A stretch of DNA of 40,305 nucleotides, taken from IMG/VR virus record IMGVR_UViG_3300045988_079557; one strand, 5' to 3'. The position numbers were made by a program, and so were the translations under genes. Origin of the DNA: a virus. Under the pieces are notes generated by a model. It made no database searches. It worked only from the letters and a program-made list of their open reading frames with translations, and was not told where the DNA came from. The first letter of the stretch is position 1. Every line of letters begins with the position of its first letter. This document shows positions 35,649 to 40,305 of the stretch, one piece after another.

Positions 35649-35901
35649 AATTATCCCCCTTTCTTTTTAGACAGAAAATATTTTTTTTCGCAGTCCTTGC
35701 GATTCATTGCTTATCAAAACTTTGCCGTTGCTTTGCCAGTCTTTGCTAGACCAATCCATGCCTCTGCCTTTCGTTGCTTATCGACGCTAGGCCGTTGCTT
35801 TGCTGTTCAAATCAACACCTTCGCACTTCGCAGTCGTTCACAGGTTCGCTTTGCCATAGCCATAGCCAATGCTATTCATAGCAAATCCGTTGCCTTGCAA
35901 T
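35649..35901. repeat. Non-coding block 2 of degenerate (G)CyTTGC-type repeats
   Basis: gtccttgcg, cattgctt, ctttgccgttgctttgcc, gtctttgct, gcctttcgttgctt, gccgttgctttgct, cgctttgcc and ccgttgccttgc are all present. No minus-strand ORF covers the block. Confidence 0.65.
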
Positions 35902-36060
35902 CTACGAATTGCCATCGCTGTTTTCGTCGTGATTTTCATCGTCATAACTGTGTTCATGTTCCCATTTGTGCTGGTCTATGATGCATGCTATGAACAGTAT
36001 CACGGCATAGAAAACCGCCAGAACCACGATCGTTGCGCCTATTATGCAGGCTATAAACAT
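35902..36060 (-). CDS. Small single-TM protein with an acidic/His-rich tail (52 aa)
   Basis: MFIACIIGATIVVLAVFYAVILFIACIIDQHKWEHEHSYDDENHDENSDGNS. I trimmed the start from the track ORF 35902..36198. Confidence 0.5.
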   Translation of the reverse strand: MFIACIIGATIVVLAVFYAVILFIACIIDQHKWEHEHSYDDENHDENSDGNS

Positions 36061-36073
36061 ACCCTCTGACACT

Positions 36074-36283
36074 TTACCACTTTCCTTTCGTCTGTATCTC
36101 GACCTTGACAACAGGTTTTGAAGCTTCCTTGATCGCCTGCTCCAGCTCCTCACGGATTGCGGTTTCGGCTGTCTCTTTGATATTGCGGTATAACCCATAG
36201 ACCGCCAGTGCGAACAGCGCCGTACATAACGCTATTGCAGCCACGAATCTGACGATCTCCAGCGTTGCTATCATGTTGTTCAT
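36074..36283 (-). CDS. Small N-terminally anchored membrane protein (69 aa)
   Basis: MNNMIATLEIVRFVAAIALCTALFALAVYGLY... There is an ATGA overlap with the upstream stop, and AAGGAG lies 9 nt upstream. Confidence 0.55.
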   Translation of the reverse strand: MNNMIATLEIVRFVAAIALCTALFALAVYGLYRNIKETAETAIREELEQAIKEASKPVVKVEIQTKGKW

Positions 36284-36528
36284 CTTCTTATGCTCCTTTC
36301 TTTGCAATACTCTGCAAAGATTTCTTCGGGGTTCGCCCCGATTATCTTGCAGTACGCTACGATTTGTTCAGCATTCATGGTGCCGAACTGCCGTTCCCAC
36401 CTGCTTACGGCTGTCTGTGCCATGTTCAGCCGTTTTGCGATTTTTGCCTGCGTAATATTGTTATTGGCTCGGATAGACCTCAGCCGTTTGGATATCACGT
36501 CATTGGCTGTCATTTTCTTTGCAGGCAT
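36280..36528 (-). CDS. HTH (XRE-like) DNA-binding protein, second gene of the early operon
   Basis: 'ISKRLRSIRANNNITQAKIAKRLNMAQTAVSRWERQ'. I prefer the ATG at 36528 over the GTG at 36543. Confidence 0.65.
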   Translation of the reverse strand: MPAKKMTANDVISKRLRSIRANNNITQAKIAKRLNMAQTAVSRWERQFGTMNAEQIVAYCKIIGANPEEIFAEYCKERSIRR

Positions 36529-36542
36529 TGTTTTCACCCCCA

Positions 36543-36758
36543 CTATTCTGCATGAACATCACGTGTAAGATAGTCCAGCGTAACGTTCAGCCATTTGGCT
36601 ATCTGCAGAAGTACTGACGCTGGCATATCGTTTTTATCCTGCCATTTAGACCATGTTCTGCGGTCTATTTCGATAGTCTTCGCAAGGTCCTGCTGGGTGA
36701 GATGTCTGCGTCTCAGTTCACCATTGATGTTGTCAAATATCGTTGTCTTTTCAGCCAT
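36543..36758 (-). CDS. Cro-like XRE-family HTH protein
   Basis: 71 aa: 'LRRRHLTQQDLAKTIEIDRRTWSKWQDKNDMPASVLLQIAKWLNVTLDYL'. It is the first gene of the early operon and is divergent from the cI-like gene. Confidence 0.75.
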   Translation of the reverse strand: MAEKTTIFDNINGELRRRHLTQQDLAKTIEIDRRTWSKWQDKNDMPASVLLQIAKWLNVTLDYLTRDVHAE

Positions 36759-36813
36759 TTGTTACACCTCCGTTTTCATTTTGAATTCTCGTACTCGTTT
36801 TGAGTACATTATC

Positions 36814-36842
36814 ATTATATACTCATTTTGGGCATTTGTCAA
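36814..36842 (-). promoter_or_regulatory. Early (PR-like) consensus promoter
   Basis: The minus strand reads TTGACA (36842-36837), 17 nt, TATAAT (36819-36814). The inverted repeat gtactc-gtttt-gagtac (36791-36807) lies in the leader. Confidence 0.75.
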
Positions 36843-36853
36843 CCCCAAATTGG

Positions 36854-36895
36854 GTACAAATATGTACAAATTTGAGATTATATTTTTGTACAAAA
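36854..36895. promoter_or_regulatory. Operator cluster: three (T)GTACAAA sites between the divergent promoters
   Basis: gtacaaa lies at 36854-36860 and tgtacaaa at 36864-36870. The palindrome tttttgtacaaaa lies at 36883-36895. Confidence 0.6.
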
Positions 36896-36928
36896 TACTC
36901 ATTTTGAAAATAATGTGCCCTATTTTCA

Positions 36929-36957
36929 TTGACAAATTCCCATAATGGGTATATAAT
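36929..36957 (+). promoter_or_regulatory. cI-like repressor (PRM/PL-like) consensus promoter
   Basis: TTGACA (36929-36934), 17 nt, TATAAT (36952-36957), followed by the RBS AGGAGGTG. Confidence 0.75.
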
Positions 36958-36980
36958 ATATATAGTAGGAGGTGATAAGA

Positions 36981-37310
36981 ATGTTTGACAACCGCCTGAA
37001 AAAGCTGAGAATGGCGAAAAACCTCACACAAGAGGAAGTTGCAAAAGCCTTAGGCTTGCCGAAAACAACTTACTGCAACTACGAACGTGATGAGAGAGAG
37101 CCGTCAGCAATGACACTTTTGAAGATCTCAGCATACTTTGGCGTGTCCCTCGATTATCTTTGCGGAAACGAGGGCGAAAAAAATTCCCCACCACCACAAA
37201 GTGACGAGGAAGCCAAGATTATCGACGCATTAAAGGTTCTTGAAGATAGCGAAATCAAAGACCTTGACAAATATGTCGATTTTCTCCTATTCAAGAGAGG
37301 GCTGCTTTAA
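36981..37310 (+). CDS. CI-like XRE-family repressor
   Basis: 'LKKLRMAKNLTQEEVAKALGLPKTTYCNYERDEREPSAMTLLKISAYFGVSLDYLCG'. The ATG at 36981 lies after AGGAGGTG; the track ORF starts at GTG 36972. Confidence 0.8.
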   Translation: MFDNRLKKLRMAKNLTQEEVAKALGLPKTTYCNYERDEREPSAMTLLKISAYFGVSLDYLCGNEGEKNSPPPQSDEEAKIIDALKVLEDSEIKDLDKYVDFLLFKRGLL

Positions 37311-37421
37311 GCAGCTCTTTTCTTTTTCTGCTCTTATTTTTTCCCACAATTCGGGGTGCTGTAGTATGTAAATCTTGTGGGCTAGTCTTTTTTCAAATTC
37401 TGTTCGTTCTTCTTTCGTCAT
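37287..37421 (-). CDS. Small 44-aa ORF with its own strong promoter and RBS, convergent with and overlapping the cI 3' end (not in the ORF track)
   Basis: Hand translation gives MTKEERTEFEKRLAHKIYILQHPELWEKIRAEKEKSCLKQPSLE. The RBS is GGAGGAG, and a consensus promoter lies at 37467-37495. Confidence 0.45.
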   Translation of the reverse strand: MTKEERTEFEKRLAHKIYILQHPELWEKIRAEKEKSCLKQPSLE

Positions 37422-37466
37422 TATTTTCTCCTCCTATGATTTATAGAACGTATGTTCGATAAGCCT

Positions 37467-37495
37467 ATTATATATCATGTTATCACGGCTGTCAA
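37467..37495 (-). promoter_or_regulatory. Consensus promoter driving the 44-aa ORF towards cI
   Basis: The minus strand reads TTGACA (37495-37490), 17 nt, TATAAT (37472-37467). The partial palindrome gaacgtatgttcga lies downstream. Confidence 0.65.
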
Positions 37496-37553
37496 TACCC
37501 TTTTTATGTACTGTCCGAAAAATCGGACTGAAATAAAAAGACGTCAAAAAGTA

Positions 37554-37582
37554 TTGCAAAATATGCGTTAAAATGCTATAAT
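37554..37582 (+). promoter_or_regulatory. Strong promoter-like element with no ORF for ~350 nt, antisense to the 66-aa HTH gene
   Basis: TTGCAA (37554-37559), 17 nt, TATAAT (37577-37582). Two perfect 7-bp hairpins follow: acacata/tatgtgt and gcatttt/aaaatgc. Confidence 0.55.
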
Positions 37583-37667
37583 ATATATGAAACACACATA
37601 TATAGGCTATGTGTAAATCATAGCATTTTTATGACATAAAATGCAAGCGTGTTTATAATATCGAACA

Positions 37668-37868
37668 TTATTTGTTGAAACTGAACAAATCATCAAGCCC
37701 ACATTTTAGCGATTTAGCCAATAAGACAACTGTTGAAATGCGTGGGTCAACGTTATAGCGTTCTATCTGGTCTATTTCAGAAAAACTAACGCCTGACAGT
37801 TCAGATAGCTGGCGCAGTGTCAGACGCTGTGTGCGACGTATATCACGCAGATGTGTTTCGTATATCAC
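37668..37868 (-). CDS. Small XRE-family HTH protein (66 aa)
   Basis: 'LRDIRRTQRLTLRQLSELSGVSFSEIDQIERYNVDPRISTVVLLAKSLKCGLDDLF'. The GTG start at 37868 lies 6 nt after GAGGTG. I rejected the track's Pro-rich N-terminal extension. Confidence 0.6.
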   Translation of the reverse strand: MIYETHLRDIRRTQRLTLRQLSELSGVSFSEIDQIERYNVDPRISTVVLLAKSLKCGLDDLFSFNK

Positions 37869-37932
37869 ATATATCACCTCTGTGGCTAGTGTGCCCACAG
37901 GAGCCGTGATTATCAGAAAAGGGGTAGAAAAC

Positions 37933-38793
37933 ATGGGATTACGTTTTAGAAAATCAATTAAACTTGGCGGCGGTGCGAGATTAAACATCGGCAAGAAATC
38001 TGTCGGTATGAGTGTCGGTGGAAAGGGCGCACGATACAGTGTCAACAGCTCAGGGCGGCGCACAAAGTCTGTCGGTATACCAGGCACAGGGCTGTCATAT
38101 GTATCAACATCGGGTGGCAGAAAGTCGTCAAGCCGTAGTTCTCACGGCCGTAAAGCAAGTAGCACGTCAAAGGGCGGTTGCCTACTGGTGATAATCATTT
38201 TCTGTGCTATATCGGTTATAGTCTATGGAATAGCGCACCTATTCGGCTATAGGCGACCGACAAAGGTTGAATGGACTAATGACAACTATTCTATCGCACT
38301 GAATGACTATAATCGTGATTATAGTCACATAATCTATTTGCGAATCACAGGTGAAACCGACGCAGAGGACGTTGATCCGAAAGATATCAAAATTGAAATC
38401 AGCAATCCTGACGTTTGTCAGTTAGAATATGATGATAGCGGTGCATATGTCACCTATGATGTGAAACCCCTGAAAGACGGCTTTGCGGACGTGACCGCCA
38501 CATATGACGGTGTGACATCTGACCCTATAACAATTACAGTGGACATGGGCGAAAAAGTCACCACTACCACCACAACAACTACTACCACCACCGCAGAACC
38601 TGAAACCACCACCGAAGCAATCCCTGTGGCAACCACTGCACAGGATCCAGCCGAAACGATAGTATATATCACGGCTTCGGGCGACAAGTATCACAGCAAA
38701 TCATGCAGATACTATGATGATACCTGCACGCCAATGAACCTACAGGACGCACAAAACGCAGGCTATAAGCCTTGCAAGGTGTGTGGCGGATAA
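37933..38793 (+). CDS. DUF4236-type membrane protein with an extracellular Ig-like domain, a poly-Thr linker and a C-terminal Cys motif
   Basis: The N-terminus 'MGLRFRKSIKLGGGARLNIGKKSVGMSVGGKGARYSVN' looks like DUF4236. The TM segment is 'CLLVIIIFCAISVIVYGIAHLF'. 'TTTTTTTTTT' follows. The C-terminus is 'YHSKSCRYY...GYKPCKVCGG'. Confidence 0.6.
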   Translation: MGLRFRKSIKLGGGARLNIGKKSVGMSVGGKGARYSVNSSGRRTKSVGIPGTGLSYVSTSGGRKSSSRSSHGRKASSTSKGGCLLVIIIFCAISVIVYGIAHLFGYRRPTKVEWTNDNYSIALNDYNRDYSHIIYLRITGETDAEDVDPKDIKIEISNPDVCQLEYDDSGAYVTYDVKPLKDGFADVTATYDGVTSDPITITVDMGEKVTTTTTTTTTTTAEPETTTEAIPVATTAQDPAETIVYITASGDKYHSKSCRYYDDTCTPMNLQDAQNAGYKPCKVCGG

Positions 38794-38938
38794 ACACCCC
38801 ATAATAAAAAAGCCCCCACAGAGCGACCTGTGAGGGTGTGTACAGCCAAACCTAGCAAGAGATGATACTATAGTAGGAAGTACCCTATTATTTTATCATA
38901 AATTGAAAACATTGTCAAGATAATAGGAGGAATTTTAC

Positions 38939-39988
38939 ATGGCAACAGCGAAAAGACTGCCGAGCGGAAGTTATCGTGTGAGAGTGTACGATAAAAACAC
39001 CGGTAAATACAAATCGTTCACGGCCGAAACGAAAAAAGCCACCGAGCTTGCGGCGGCGGAATGGCTGATAAAATGTCAGGACGAAGAAAACCAGCAAATA
39101 ACATTCCAGACCGCAGCTGAAGAATATATCAAAATAAAAACGCCTGTGCTATCACCCACCACGATACACGGCTATCAGACTATCCTGCGCAACAATGTTG
39201 ACAGGCTGAAAGATATTCCGATTGACGAGGTTACGCCGCAGCTAGTGCAGGACTGGGTAAACGGTTTGACCGTTGATAAATCGCCGAAAACTGTTCATAA
39301 CATCTATGGTTTTTTTACAGCTGTTATGTCATACTATGACGTGGATATACGGCTAGGAAAAATTCGTTTGCCGTCCAAAACGAAAAAATTTAAAATTCTG
39401 CCTGATGTTGAAACCGTAGTGGACCTGTTCCGTGGGTCAGATATAGAAATTCCTGTGCTGTTGGCTGTATGGGGCGGTATGCGTATGTCGGAAATACTGG
39501 GTATCCGTCGCAAGGACCTATGTGGTGATGTGTTGACACTGTCGCAGGTGCGTGTCACAGTTGGCAAGGAAATAATTGACAAAGAGCAGGCTAAGACCTA
39601 CAACAGTCGCCGACAGCTACGGCTAGGGCAGCCGATAGTAAATCTAATAGACAGCCTAAACTTGCAACCCGATGATTATGTTGTGGCCTACACCCGAAAA
39701 CAGGTGTACGGCCGTTTCGTCAAAACAATGCGATCGGCAGGCTATCAGATCACATTTCACGATCTACGCCACATCAACGCCAGCGTCATGGCGAAACTAA
39801 ATATCCCTGATGTATACGCTATGGAACGTGGCGGCTGGAGTAACACCAGCACATTGAAATCGGTATATCAGCAAACGTTTGATACAGACCGCCAGCGTAT
39901 TGACCAAACCATTGATGACTATTTTCAGGACATATATGACACGAAATATGACATGAAAAATATAAAACAGCGTAAAAACGTAGTTTGA
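38939..39988 (+). CDS. int: Tyrosine recombinase (phage integrase)
   Basis: 349 aa with 'GGMRMSEILGIRRKDL', 'FHDLRHINAS' and 'GGWSNTSTLKSVYQQ' (R..HxxR..Y). It lies next to attR. Confidence 0.9.
   Translation: MATAKRLPSGSYRVRVYDKNTGKYKSFTAETKKATELAAAEWLIKCQDEENQQITFQTAAEEYIKIKTPVLSPTTIHGYQTILRNNVDRLKDIPIDEVTPQLVQDWVNGLTVDKSPKTVHNIYGFFTAVMSYYDVDIRLGKIRLPSKTKKFKILPDVETVVDLFRGSDIEIPVLLAVWGGMRMSEILGIRRKDLCGDVLTLSQVRVTVGKEIIDKEQAKTYNSRRQLRLGQPIVNLIDSLNLQPDDYVVAYTRKQVYGRFVKTMRSAGYQITFHDLRHINASVMAKLNIPDVYAMERGGWSNTSTLKSVYQQTFDTDRQRIDQTIDDYFQDIYDTKYDMKNIKQRKNVV
39932..39953 (+). repeat. Second copy of the 22-bp ATATGACA-containing block (candidate arm-type site) inside the int 3' end
   Basis: Identical to 3995-4016. 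It lies 45 bp from the att core. Confidence 0.55.
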
Positions 39989-39997
39989 ATAACTTTT

Positions 39998-40029
39998 GCC
40001 GTGGGTTCAAGTCCCGTCACCTCGACCAG
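39998..40029 (+). repeat. attR core: displaced 3' end of tRNA-Pro (32 bp)
   Basis: Identical to 3857-3888. It is followed by the host terminator. Confidence 0.9.
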
Positions 40030-40035
40030 TCACTC

Positions 40036-40069
40036 GCCATGACGGGCATTGTCCGTCATGGCTTTTTTT
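40036..40069 (+). terminator. Original tRNA-Pro rho-independent terminator
   Basis: gccatgacgg-gcattgt-ccgtcatggc followed by T7. Confidence 0.8.
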
Positions 40070-40143
40070 GTTATCAAACTTTAGTCCCGCTCAATAAGTT
40101 TGTTTGTAAACTTTACAATGTAGGGGGCGTGCCACTGCACCCA

Positions 40144-40174
40144 ATCCGCTATCATTTATGGTAGCGGATTTTTT
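40144..40174 (+). terminator. Terminator-like hairpin
   Basis: atccgcta/tagcggat stem followed by T6. It is preceded by ctgcacccaat, the same arrangement as the mirror-image left flank (134-178). Confidence 0.55.
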
Positions 40175-40216
40175 CGCCCCCGCCCATAGGTATGATACGC
40201 TGGGAGGGGTTTGATG

Positions 40217-40305
40217 CTCGCCGTGACGGGCATTTTATGTACTCATGCCACTTGTGCATATGTGCTAAGCCCGCAAGATCGCAATTGTATGTAATGTCGA
40301 AAAGG
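40217..40305. repeat. Right arm of the 89-bp terminal inverted repeat (partner 1-89)
   Basis: See the left arm. The repeat ends exactly at the last base of the window. Confidence 0.9.

Larger units (their letters stand above)
3857..40029. mobile_element. Integrated temperate siphovirus-type prophage (~36.2 kb including both att copies)
   Basis: It is bounded by the 32-bp tRNA-derived direct repeat, with a tyrosine integrase next to attR. It carries complete lysogeny, replication, packaging, head, tail and lysis modules. Confidence 0.9.

Noticed and set aside
35078-35901. CRISPR array interpretation of the repeat blocks
   Set aside because: The repeats are only about 9-10 bp in core length and are degenerate. 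Their period is about 21 bp, with no unique spacers of 25-40 bp. There is no leader and no cas operon.
35616-35981. 121-aa plus-strand ORF across repeat block 2
   Set aside because: It has no RBS and is antisense to the early operon. Its sequence is simply the translated degenerate repeat, so I treat the region as non-coding.
37869-38087. Pro-rich 73-aa N-terminal extension of the small XRE ORF
   Set aside because: It overlaps the DUF4236 gene start on the other strand. GAGGTG followed by GTG at 37868 gives a normal-length HTH protein.
38557-38600. Poly-threonine codon tract as a phase-variable microsatellite
   Set aside because: The tract mixes acc, aca and act codons and is not a pure repeat. 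It is more simply a Thr-rich linker or stalk.
3857-40029. Diversity-generating retroelement or retron associated with the tail fibre or the repeat blocks
   Set aside because: No reverse transcriptase ORF is present anywhere in the window. I also found no template/variable repeat pair.
1-40305. Linear replicon with inverted terminal repeats (protein-primed or hairpin-telomere phage-plasmid)
   Set aside because: There is no family-B DNA polymerase, terminal protein or protelomerase. The phage part has a tRNA att duplication and an integrase, and host genes lie inside the repeats.

Overview
The window is a short stretch of Firmicutes/Clostridia-like chromosome carrying a complete temperate siphovirus-type prophage. 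All calls come from by-eye reading, motif memory and the supplied ORF track; no database search was run. The host part holds a secreted Cys-repeat surface-protein gene (331-3585, minus) and a tRNA-Pro(CGG) gene (3811-3887, plus). The prophage spans about 36.2 kb and is integrated in the 3' end of the tRNA. It is bounded by a perfect 32-bp direct repeat (attL 3857-3888, attR 39998-40029).

Prophage order, left to right:
- A plus-strand three-gene cargo (moron) operon, 4218-6258.
- About 30 kb of minus-strand genes. Lysis: CHAP endolysin, holin, XkdX-like. Tail: fibre, Tal, Dit, tape measure, G/G-T chaperones with an A_AAA_AAC -1 frameshift site, major tail protein. Head: connectors, HK97-type capsid, ClpP-like protease, portal. 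Packaging: TerL, P27-type TerS, HNH.
- A late activator, then a DNA-modification-like cluster (PP-loop/PAPS-reductase-like, Cys-rich protein, C5-MTase-like).
- Replication and recombination: primase-helicase, replisome organizer with 11-bp iterons, ERCC4 nuclease, DUF669-like protein, Sak4-like ATPase.
- Many small Cys-rich ORFs and a cro-like/HTH pair.
- A divergent consensus-promoter switch, a cI-like repressor, a small antisense-rich region, an XRE/DUF4236 membrane-protein pair, and a tyrosine integrase.

Most interesting unexplained items:
1. The ORFan HTH-containing cargo operon next to attL, with its own operator-flanked promoter.
2. Two non-coding blocks of decayed ~21-bp repeats (35078-35441, 35649-35901) in the early operon. 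They lie directly upstream of a 200-aa protein whose motif layout resembles a lone RAMP (Cas7/Csm3-like) protein.
3. An 89-bp inverted repeat that forms the exact two ends of the window.
4. The PAPS-reductase-like/MTase-like cluster.
5. Strong promoters with no ORF, or antisense to ORFs, between cI and the integrase.
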